Shown here one piece after another: positions 53,001 through 64,000 of a stretch of DNA of 64,000 nucleotides (its first letter is position 1; each line of letters starts with the position of its first letter). The notes under the pieces are model-generated. The model did not search any database and was not told the DNA's origin. It saw nothing but the letters and a program-made list of their open reading frames with translations. Made by a program: the position numbers and the translations under genes. The stretch is from Tubiluchus corallicola (taxonomy: Eukaryota > Animalia > Priapulida): assembly GCA_030141605.1 (NCBI GenBank), contig JAQGDQ010002367.1, forward strand, positions 372,001 through 436,000. Reading direction: 5' to 3'.

Positions 53001-55627
53001 TTTATTTGTTTTACACAGTACTTTGTGTATTGATTTACACCTAAAATAAAAATAAACAATTAAAAAAGGTCGTAGATGCGCCTAGAGCTTGACTTACAAC
53101 TACAAGCAGAAAACAATAAACCAGCCAACGAATAGCACATTAACCAGAACAAGCTTTGGAGCAGGTCAGTTCTGCTACTGTTACTCTTACTTTCGTCAGT
53201 TTTGAATGGACATGTGATGAATTCTGTCTCAAAATAGAAAAAATATAAAGGAAGTTGCCAAACCTGCCACCAAAAGATGCAAAATCCAAGACGGAAATAA
53301 AATTTAGCTACACTTCTAAAAATTCGTTATTTATATACCTTATGGCATAAGGAAAGACATATCCAGTGAACATAAAACAGATCACAAAATCAAAAAACTA
53401 AATCATACAGGCCGGTGTCAGAGGATGGTCCTATACCACCAAAACGTAACTTCAATTTAAATGGACTTTAAATTACCTTTAGATTGATTAAAATCAGCTT
53501 AGATGGCAGTGGCATACTTTTTTTGGTCACATTCACACAATTCTGATTTGAGTGCGCCAACCAAAAAAGTTTATTTTAATACATAAATATAAGATAAAAA
53601 CTGTTGCATTTTGCCACATTTTAGCAAAACTAGAACTCAGTTACAGCCAGAATTTTGAGCATAACCCTAAAGCTATGAACACTTGCTCAGGCTTCACAGC
53701 AACTATTATTTCAGAGTAGGAAAAGAATATGCAGGTATGCACTCACTGGACCATACAATTATGTTACAGGCTAAATAAGCTAGTAGAAATCTTACGAAAC
53801 TAGAATTAGATGGCAACAGTTTCCAACAACTGCACAAATAGCTAACTCCCACAATAAACTCCCATGTAATATAAAATGTTATTTCTTTTTCAGCTGTGGT
53901 AAGATGGCACCAATTAATAAACCCGGTTGTTATACAACAAGATTCACTGAAAAACGCTACCCAGACTGTTGCGATGTTATATTATGCAAAGACCGTGATG
54001 CAATGTGGAATAAAGAGGATTACATTAGGTTTGAGTTTAATTTTGACATTGCCTTGAAATTAGTTTCTTTGCAAATAGTACACGAGGTTCTTATCACATG
54101 GATGTAATTCTGTTGTGTTAGTAATTTGTGGTTGTGCTAATGAATGTATTTTTGTTGCGTTTGTGTTACTTAATGCTAGCTGAGCTTGCAAATGTAGTTC
54201 TCATGAGCTTGTGCTTATGCTAATTAGCGCTGCTTGTGATTGGGCTAATTATTGTTGATTGTGCGTGTAGACGTGGTTTTGTTTCACTGGTTATTGTTGA
54301 TTGTGCGTGTAGACGTGGTTTTGTTTCGCTGGTTATTGTTGATTGTGCGTGTAGACGTGGTTTTGTTTCGCTGGTTATTGTTGATTGTGCGTGTAGACGT
54401 GGTTTTGTTTCGCTGGTTATTGTTGGTTGTGCTTGTGGATTTAGATTTTAGAAAAATGGGCCATTTCGGTCAGATGGAAGAAACACTTTGACACCCTTCT
54501 TAATCAACCTGTCTACTGGTAATGTCACTGCTGTGCCAATTAATGCAAATATTGACTCAGAATAGATCCCAGAACACAATTTTATGAGCTCACAACGCTT
54601 GCTCTCTTTGGTAGCACTGCATTGACAAAAAAGCTGCTGTCTTTTTTCACTTTGTACTGGAATCTAAAACGTTTCAAAGATGCTCGAATAGTGACAGTTT
54701 ACAATTAACACAGGCAGTCAGAGACGATGTAATGGTCAACGTTTTTATCTGTTGTAAACAACCAACGGTTTAAATACAGTATGACATGAATACCCCAAGT
54801 TTTCATCGACCACGACGACTATCTGCTTCTAGTTATTAATGTGCTTGTAGATAACATAGTCCATTTGTCCTTGTGCTAGTTATTGATGATTGTGCTAGTG
54901 AATTCAGTTTTGTTATGTTTGTGTCGGTTATTGTTTGTTGTGCTGGTAATGTAGTTCTGCTGTGTTTGGCCTAATCGTTGGTTTACTGCTGAGTTGTGCT
55001 TGTACTAAATATTGGTGGTCGAGCTTGTGAATGTATTTCTGCTGTGCTTGTGCTAGTTATTGATAGTTGCGCTTGTGCTAGTTTGCTAGTTATTGCTGGT
55101 TGTGCAATAATTCTCTTGTGCTTGTGCTGATTTATTGTAGCTTGTATTTCGCTACATGCTGCTTGGTCCACTTGTAATGTTGTTTACCTTTGGATATTAA
55201 ATTTTTATTCACTCTTATAGTATGCCATCGACGAACAGTTATAAGTTTCAGTAAATTAATGCGAAGTGCGATTCACAGTCTCTTATAGAATTTATTTTAC
55301 ATTTCATCTAATTTTCGTTTGTTGAAAAAGTTTCGAAGCAATTTATTGCTTTATTTTAAATTAACAGTTAAAATAATTAAAAATAAACCCGTCAGATGCA
55401 TTTCGTTTCAGTAGTTTCTACTTGCTAAGTCTTCTAGTCAGAAATAACTTTATCAAAATTTAATAAAATTCATATTGCCATTCAAGATTTTTGATACCTG
55501 ACAGCAAACTATGGAAAATGTAATGTTGTATCTCTAAATTTTTTGGTATGCTGCTATGTTCTTGTTTTCTTTGTTTTACAGGTATCTAGAGAACACTATC
55601 GCAACATTTGGACCAGATGAAAACTAA
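50023..55627 (+). CDS. Secreted SVWC-like protein, paralogue B, 4 exons, 133 aa
   Basis: Exons 50023-50104, 50343-50481, 53894-54028, 55582-55627 (GT-AG, phases 1,2,2; 402 nt). Protein MIVKIIFGALMNFAFCEIVLGATYLKQGCFDSNNNEMEVEDKWFPEGVCQRCQCHSFPNRDEPSKMQKYTSCYSCGKMAPINKPGCYTTRFTEKRYPDCCDVILCKDRDAMWNKEDYIRYLENTIATFGPDEN; all 10 mature Cys align with paralogue A. Confidence 0.86.
52354..52524. mobile_element. MITE-like element with 28-bp imperfect inverted repeats
   Basis: TTTATGCGGCATCCGGATGCGGACGCGT (52354-52381) versus ACGCATTCGCATCGGGATGCTGCATAAA (52497-52524), 24 of 28 complementary. Confidence 0.6.
54251..54432. repeat. Minisatellite, about 4.3 copies of a 42-bp unit, in intron 3 of paralogue B
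   Basis: Unit ATTGTTGATTGTGCGTGTAGACGTGGTTTTGTTTCGCTGGTT at 54251, 54293, 54335, 54377 and partial at 54419. Confidence 0.93.
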
Positions 55628-56061
55628 TATTGCAAATTTCAAAAAACCATACAGAGTTTTTCGTTAGTTTAATACATCTAACTAAAAAGCAGGTTTTTTA
55701 CCTTTTACTTGCAGAAATTAGGCGTATATTTATTTACCATTAATGATACTGCGATTTGATCCTAAACAACGTAACAAGTTAAAAATGTCAGACAATATAT
55801 AAACCTAATCCCACTTTGTCTAGCAAGAACGAGTTTTCACCTCTTCGCGTTTATTGGCAAATTAACAAGCGTTAACAAACAAATGGGAATCAAATCACGA
55901 AACGAAAAAATATAGTAACTGTATTGTCACAGTCACAGTTCAAGTGAAAATTTGGCCTGTATTGTAATTGTTACAACCTTACTAGACCAGTTGCGTAGCA
56001 CAATAACACTGTTAATAAGTGTCCTGTTGGTATTTGTAATATAGTAATCTTTTTCGTGTTC

Positions 56062-56067
56062 AATAAA
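56062..56067 (+). terminator. Probable polyadenylation signal of SVWC paralogue B
   Basis: GTGTTCAATAAA, same context as in paralogue A. Confidence 0.5.
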
Positions 56068-56797
56068 ACTATTTAGCTCTCACTCATTATTACAACTGTT
56101 TTCCACGTTAATTTTTGTACAGGAAAGTTTACAGCAACAAAGCTCCGGTCCCCAAACGACATAAAAAGTGATCTAATTTATTTTATGTGTCTGCATATAA
56201 TTACAATTTTTATTTAAAGGAAAATGATTCCATATTGAGCTATAGGCCCAATAGCTCAAAAGCAATCTACCTATAAAATATTGAAATGGAACATATTATT
56301 TTTTCAAGAATAACTGACGTGAAAGAATTAGAACCGCGAAACTAATTTTGCGTTCGCGCAGCTAGTTCTTCCCTGTTACATGCATTCATCATTCGCTAGT
56401 TAGGGCCTATTTACACGGTGTGTCATAGGCGTGCGTGTGTCGACCAGTGCTGTGTCAAATGTAGATTTATTTTCCAACTGTTTAGTGTCTCTTACGATGT
56501 GTAGTATCTTTGTAGATAAATTACCACAGTAGTATTACTAGTGTAGAACTCCAAAATACTGCTTATTTTTCAATCCCATTGAATGATTTATAAAAGGAAC
56601 AAAACTTCAACAGTTAATATAAATAAAGTTAAATCACACAATCAGATACTGATTAATGTTGTGTATATCATATTTGCGATACCTGATATCAATGTTGCCC
56701 AATTGACGTCAAACATATTGGTCTATCGCTCCGCCTCCGCTGCACGTCAGCACGCTAGGCGGCATTCGGCACAACAGCTCATCTGGACAACAACTGT

Positions 56798-57115
56798 CTG
56801 AACTGAACTGAAATGAAATGAACTGAACTGAACTGAACTGAACTGAACTGAACTGAACTGAACTGAACTGAACTGAACTGAACTGAACTGAACTGAACTG
56901 AACTGAACTGAACTGAACTGGAACCGAAACTGAAACTGAAACTGGAACTGGAACTGGAACTGAAACTGGAACTGGAACTGGAACTGAAACTGGAACTGGA
57001 ACTGAAACTGAAACTGAAACTGAAACTGGAACTGGAACTGGAACTGGAACTGGAACTGAACTGAACTGAACTGAACTGAGCTGAACTGAACTAAACTAAA
57101 CTAAACTAAACTAAA
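56798..57115. repeat. Compound satellite (GAACT)n / (G[G/A]AACT)n / (AAACT)n
   Basis: Read directly. Confidence 0.95.
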
Positions 57116-59061
57116 CAACATGACAGTCACATCTAATGTCTAATCAGCAGATAAACTGATTGCACTTTTCCATAAACGCAAATTTGCAGAGCAGCAGCTA
57201 TTTTTACACGAAATTAACACTTCAAGTAGCCAAAAATGACTTTCCAATTTAAACAAAATGTAGAGACGAAGTTTCAAGGCACTACAAAATACAGAGACAT
57301 AAGTATAATAAAAAAGAAACTTAGCCAGTTAGCCTTGCTTTACAATAAATGAGAAACAAAAATATTAAGTCTCTCTTGCCTTTAAACATATCATGACTGC
57401 GATATTAACATCATGTGCTCGTCTGTAAGATTTATTCAGTTTTTGAATTTTTTCCGTTTGTTAGGCTATGGAAATGGAATAAATTTGATTGTTTCATTCC
57501 ATCGACGACCCTTATATTGAGTTACATAAGTCCCAATGGCATCTTTTAACCATGACTATAAACAAAAAATAGCGTAAAATTAACTAATATTACATTAATA
57601 TATAATATCGGTTTTGACCACATTTTAATTAATTTTAACTGTGAAAATCTGATTGAGGTTTATAAAAACAGGCCAGAAAAGAAAACATTTTGTTTTGACC
57701 TTATTTAAAGTTAATCAAGTTGTTTTTACTTAACTTGCAAAGCCATAAACAAAACTAAACTGGGTATTTCTTTGATTACAAAATGGTTTAATCAGCAAGT
57801 CATAGACATAAGCGTTGTGCATTTCGTCCTATAAACGAAACTAGGCTATGCATTTCCACCAACTCGCTTGCAATTTCAATTGACAATAATGAAGTCTAGA
57901 ACCAGGCCAATATTTCTCCCGCTAACTAATGAAAAGTTGAGTATTTTTCATAACAGTGTTAGACGGAGCTGTAGCTAAATGTCCCGAACATTTATCTACA
58001 TTAATTAATTAAACGTTAATTAAGCTTTGCAGGAGTGTGAATTAACTTGGCACGCTGATTGGGCAGTCAACGAAAATGATTGACGTCATGTTAGACGTCG
58101 ATTGCTTTGCCACCAGTCCACAGGGGATGCCGTGCTGTTATCAATGTTATTATCGTTCTTCGAAGTGAACTGAACACTTGACCATATCTCACTTGCCTGT
58201 TCGACAGGACTCCTGCGTCCCGTTTACCGATGTCGCAAGAAATTAGAACATGCGACTTGTGCATGCGTGTAACGCTTAAGTCATAGAATCGCATCGCATG
58301 TACAGTTTACTTGTGCGTTTTTGACGCATGCGTGTGACTCATGTCACATTTATCAGAAAGTTTTAAATTAACAAAATTATTATGTGTTTATGTTAAACAA
58401 TGTTCATGAAATGTACAATGCGATAATTTGCACATGCACTCACCGCATTTGAAACCCATTGCAAACTTTTACTGTGTGTTTTTGACCTAATCTATGAAAC
58501 GGTGCACATGAAACCTTGTGCATTTGCAGCTTGTGAAATTCTGCCAGTTCAATATTTCATCTCAGACGCTTATCTTGATAATGAACTAAGATTTGGTCCT
58601 GTCATAAAAGAACATGTAAAAAATTTCGCAATTTCTGGGTAAATGTTGGCCACAAGATATTCACAAATCTATTTTTTATTCTTATCATCATGATCATCAT
58701 CGTCATCATCATCGTCATCAACATCATCATCATTATTAAACTTTATTTCAATGCTATGAAAATCAATTGAATTTGAAGTGATTATATACAGCAAATTACA
58801 CAATGCAGTGAGAGGGAGAGAGAAGAAAGGAGAGAAAAAGAAAAGATAAAGAAGATGTGAGGGATAGAGAGAGAAAGAAGAGAGAAAGAGAGAGGGGACA
58901 GGAGAGGACGAGAAGGAGAGATATTCGGGAGAAATAGAGCAAAAGAGGAATAGAGAGGGAGAGGGAATAAAGAGAAAGAGGGATAAGTGACATATATTAT
59001 GGAATAGAACTGCTAACGTACGTTCTGCGTACATGTTTTGTTATTGTATGAACCTTTCCAT

Positions 59062-59192
<131 letters not shown>

Positions 59193-59610
59193 GTAGGCCA
59201 AGAGGCAGAACTGGGTATCTTATGGAGAAAAGGTAACACCGTCTCTAATTAAATTTATTGTATTGGTGATTTCATTTTACAGTTTAGGCAAAATTTTACA
59301 GAATTAAATTTCATAACATCAATAATTATGTGTTATCATCGATTAATAGAAAGAGTAGACAATTTATATTGTTACAGACATTATTTTCTTTGGAAATGTT
59401 AATATTGTGTATACATTAATCTATAATCATTGCCGTAGACTAGTATTTTCCAGTCCATTGAATGATCTTTCCTCCATAAGATGTCCAATCTGCCTTGTGG
59501 CCTACAGAGAAAAAGAGGGAGAGAGAGAGAGATCTCGAGAGAGGAAGAGGGTGCCAGGACGCATGGAAAGGGTAATAAAAATGATAAAAATGATAATGAA
59601 AACAATAACC

Positions 59611-59623
59611 AATAATAATAGTA

Positions 59624-59707
<84 letters not shown>
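59611..59707. repeat. (AAT)n microsatellite
   Basis: Read directly; explains the poly-Asn and poly-Leu ORFs. Confidence 0.95.
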
Positions 59708-60199
59708 TATCCATGAAATGTGTCAATCTATATTTCTTGAGTAATTGGTCCCATTTTCACTGTTCACTGTTGTACATAGGTATAGTGCTAACGTGTGCAT
59801 TAAATAATCAAAGTCTTATGTTAAGACTTAATTTCTTTTTAGTTAATACCACAGGACTTACGTTGTATTATAAATATTTATGGCTAGTACATTCTCGCGC
59901 TAAAGAAAAGTACCAATTGTTTGCTGTCTTCTATTTTTAATATCAACTTCAGTGTTTAGAAGAGTGCTCATATATTTACACGTTTTCCCTGACTGTTTAC
60001 CATCTCTTGCAATACTATTTATCGTCATCATCTCTGGAATCACACGTCTTCTGACATGAAACTTGCAATCATTTTAGTCCATGCTGCCCTGTCACCTGCA
60101 ACTTCCCATGTCTCTGTATTGATATCTATATACAATGGCGTGCTGATAAGATTTTTTTGGATGAAATTTATGTAAGTCAGCTGTTGCGGTTTCTTTTCT

Positions 60200-60620
60200 T
60201 CTTATAGTCTCCTTTGAAAGCTAATTTCAATGGGCTGTCATATAACTTATGTCCTCTCAATCTTCTCCTTTTGATTTTAACTGTCTATTTCCCTGCCTTG
60301 ACTTTATTATATAGATTTATTCATAGCCTTTTCTTTAGCCATTTTATTCCTTGAATGTTTCTGTAGTTTGTTCTTTGAAACGCATCAATTTCTGATTTGT
60401 GTTGTGCGTTGATTGTCCATAATTCTAAGTTGTAGAGAAATACCGTTTCCACAAGTGCAGCAAAGATTCTTAACTTTGTTTCTAGACTGATCGTCTTACT
60501 TTCAAAATTTTTTGTTAATTTGGAATATGCAGCTAGTGTTAATATTTTTCTTCTTGCTAGATCTTCATCAGTTGCTAGAAGACTGCCTGGGTATTTGCAT
60601 TTTCTTCAAGCATCATCTCC
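60200..60620 (-). mobile_element. Decayed RTE-like LINE fragment (post-RT region)
   Basis: Minus strand KCKYPGSLL..RRK..KTISLETKLRIFAALVETVFLYNLELWT..IDAFQR; broken frame. Confidence 0.7.
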
Positions 60621-61031
60621 ATTCCTTTTGTGATAATTTTCTGTTTTATATTTCTTTAATATCAGATCCATTTCTTTTACTTTTGTTTCTATTTTGATTT
60701 TTGTATTATCTATTAAATTTTCATCTTTGATTATTTCAATATTATTACTCTTCTATTTTAGTGGCTGGTTTACTTGAAGATTTTGATTTGATACTGACGC
60801 CTTGTATCATGAATATCTATGGTTCTGTGCTTTCTGCGATTTGACTGCAAACATTAAATATTCGTGAAGTACGAAGTTGACTGCTTATGCACGTTAAACA
60901 CCATTTTTCAAAGATTTGAAAGATATTCCTTTTTAATCGTTTACGTTTCGTCGATTATGGACGAAGGTGATGGAAATAGCTCTGATTCTAGCCTAGATAT
61001 TGTTTTTGTTTCATACGGCACATTAAATAAA

Positions 61032-63492
61032 ATGGCAGCTGACTTACATTACTCTGCATATGGCGTTGATGGTAAGTTTCCGTAGTCAACTTCGTGTTTT
61101 TTATTGACCTATTAATTATTATCTTCTCTATGCTTAATCGAGTTTATACGTGCAGGTAAAATTTATTAATTACGTTTTGAGGTAATGTCATGAAACAAAA
61201 ATACATTCACAAGTCAAGGCATCTATGACTTACATTATATAATCCAACAAAGTAACTGCGTGATCTAACATTAACAAATCGTAAATCGGGTTTGGGGTTT
61301 TATGTTTGTGGTCTAAAGTGATAGCAAGGGTTACGTTAGCGGATTTGTGACTCCAGAGATGTCTTAAAACACATATTTTATTACCTTATTTATTTAAAAG
61401 TAAGTTGCAGCAATATTACAAACGCATTAATAGTTTGTATAATTTACTGTGTAAAATAGTCTAAAACCAGGTTGTCATGTAATGTTAATGAGAATTGCAT
61501 AGGAAAATCGCGTTTGATATTATAAGCAGTGATACTTATTATAGTTGCCCCCAAGGAAGTGCCCAACTATACTATAACTGTCAGTTCCATCCATCGCTAC
61601 TTTTTTCGGTTCTAGAGTAATCTGTCTTCTTTACAATGAGATCAGGACCTAGAGTTCAACTCTTGTATGGTCCCATCTCATATTCATTTTAAATTTATCG
61701 ATAAATGGTGCATTTACAGTATCAGCTAAGAGTGAGTTCCACGGATGTCACACGAGAGGTCACACGAGAGGCAAAAAAATGAGAACGGATGTTGGTTCGG
61801 CTATATTCTATGAAGAGTTTTGAATCACGGCCTCATAGTTCTCTGTGTGATCTTGAGATGAAATCTTGTTCTTGTAAAACTGAGGTTCCTTTCATAATTT
61901 TATAACAATTGACAAGATCGGTGTTGTTCCAAAGTGGACATCATTGCAAGATCTGCATCGTGGGCTAACCTCACACATATGTTTTGAGTTTTCTCCAAAT
62001 CATCTTTCAGAGCTTTATCCTGTGGTGACCATACTACTGATGCAAATTCTAAAATAAGATGAACGACTGCTTTGTGTATAGAGGGACTATCGCATTAGCA
62101 GATCTTGAAATGACACAACGTTTGATCATACCAATTCAGCGATTCGCCTCAGCTATTATATGATTAACATGGGTGTTCAGCATTATGTTATTGGATCTGT
62201 AACTGCCTAAATCACGTGCAACAGATTTCTCTTCTATGACTCCATCACTGATATAATATAGTGTGTGAGATTTATTCCACATGTGTAAGCAACCTTTACT
62301 TCTCTCAAGTCTTAACCATTCATTGCACCAATTTCATTGAGATCATTTTGTAAAATAAATTGGTCAAAGTCACCCCAGATTGGGCGATAGGGCTTAAGAT
62401 CATACTAATAAAGGGATGCTTGTATGCAGAGATACACAATTAGTAATGTCGTTTATAAAAATAAGAAAGCTGTAAGGGCCACTAAGGGTACCTGGGGACT
62501 CCACTAACTACTGGTTGCCAGTTTGTAGTTATGCCATTCATAACAATGGTTTATTGTTATAAAGGAATTTGATACCTTTAACAGTGGTAGGGCATAGATT
62601 AAGCTTATAACTATAAATTTTTGGATCAGTAACTGTACATATTTGGATTTTTTACAATTTTTTAAAGAATTGCACAAAAACAATTATACTGTAATTATGA
62701 GTGCTGCACTGCTAAGCTGCAAGTAATCGATAAGCACCAGTGATGGCCAGTTAGATAATAACAATAATAATTAACGCGTGTTTGTTTAATTTCCTGCTTG
62801 TGGCTGGTAGTTCTTCACAGTCTTTGAGTATATCTGTATCTGAATTTTTGTTTATTCACTGAATGTGAATATAAAATTCACAGTGCGAAAGTAGAACTCT
62901 GTGAGATAAACTGTAAAATGAAGCTAAAAATGTGCAAAACTTTTTCACCAATTAAAATTGTAAATATGTTGCGTGGTATTTTGTTGACTATATGCTTATT
63001 TAAAGTTTGTATTATCACAGAAAAATTTTAATCTTGTCAGTCAAAAATTAATTTTTTACTACTTCTAACCAGATACTTTGTAAGACAGTAGCTGCTTTTT
63101 CACAGTGATTCAGTATCATCTTAATTGTCAGTGCAATAGTCTTAAAGTATGTCAATCTCTTCGGGGCAACTTTGTTCCTCTAATGAGATAACATGCAGGT
63201 TTTGCTATTGAGCGATCACTGCTTAAAAATGCTATGATTTATTGGCAAAAAATCACCTTGAGCTTAAAATAAACCATTAAACCTTTTTTGTTGAACTTTC
63301 GTAAAAGCTTAACAAACAATTCATAAATAGATAAGTACTGATTTCATTATCAGGCACTCAAGCTGACGAGACAACAATTTCAAAATCAGAGAAAGAGAAA
63401 CGTGCCCGTAGACCTGCAAAGAAACCCTCAAAACGACCAGACAGGGAATTGTACACTCCACGTCACAGGAAGAAAATTGATGATATGATTAG
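61032..63492 (+). CDS. Probable first two coding exons of a protein with an EJC-binding-like motif (SMG6/R3HCC1L-type); runs off the window
   Basis: Exon 61032-61071 (AAAATGGC start, G|GTAAGT donor; alternative in-frame ATG at 60957) joins in phase to exon 63354-63492 (cag|...AG|GTGGGT): MAADLHYSAYGVDGTQADETTISKSEKEKRARRPAKKPSKRPDRELYTPRHRKKIDDMI. Confidence 0.55.
61670..62560 (-). mobile_element. Decayed CR1-like LINE (RT C-terminal half)
   Basis: Minus strand WQPVVSGVP..GTLSGPYSFLIFINDI, RDLG, HVNHIIAEANR..GMIKR, LEFASVVWSP, RGHDSKL; many frameshifts. Confidence 0.8.
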
Positions 63493-64000
63493 GTGGGTAT
63501 AAACAGGGATTTTTTTTGAATTTTTTTGCAGTTTTCATGAATGAAGCCTTGCTGGCTTGACGATGTTATAGTAAGATGTCATCAGCATTATTGATTTATG
63601 CTACATCAATTAATGTTGATGAAACGATTATTAAATTTAAACAATAATGAGATTTTTGTATGCCTTCTAAAGTATTCATTTCTTTAACTAGAATAGTGTT
63701 AATGTAATCGTATTAGTTTTTAGTTAATTCATTGGCTGTCTAGCTATAACTGTCTGATTTGTGTGACAGACTTTTTCTATGCCCTAGTTTATTTTATAGC
63801 TTACATAAAAAATATGATTTTGATCTGTCAGTAGTAGGTGGCTTGACACTAAACAGATTTCAACTAAAAACAATATTATCAATAATCAGCAAAATGAAAT
63901 TGTTTGATTTGTGATATATTTAGTGTCTAACAGCTGAATACCAAAATTTTAATTTGATACAGGCTAAATAAGTGGGTTTATTATTACTTTTGTCTTTTTT

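Noticed and set aside
54236-54491. Repetitive Cys-containing ORFs (VIVDCACRRGFVSL)n
   Set aside because: Translation of the 42-bp intronic minisatellite.

Overview
AT-rich, intron-containing eukaryotic DNA, most consistent with an invertebrate animal; there are no operons, CRISPR arrays or rRNA. Most ORFs in the supplied track are spurious, so genes were reconstructed by hand from GT-AG splice sites and frame continuity. Found: (1) a large minus-strand coding exon of an UNC-93-family MFS membrane protein with a long N-terminal extension rich in basic-x-Ser motifs; (2) a complete 8-exon, 327-aa serine/threonine dehydratase (SDS/SDSL-like) gene whose intron 2 holds a young 5'-truncated RTE LINE with a target-site duplication and a Tc1/mariner-type MITE; (3) two tandem 4-exon paralogues encoding small secreted 10-Cys single-domain VWC (SVWC/Vago-like) proteins, almost invisible to the ORF track, the second with a frameshifted C-terminal tail; (4) the probable first two coding exons of a gene carrying an exon-junction-complex-binding-like motif, running off the right edge. 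The rest is LINE, Gypsy, MITE and SINE relics plus micro- and minisatellites. The best candidate for something undescribed is the SVWC pair; novelty cannot be established without database searches.
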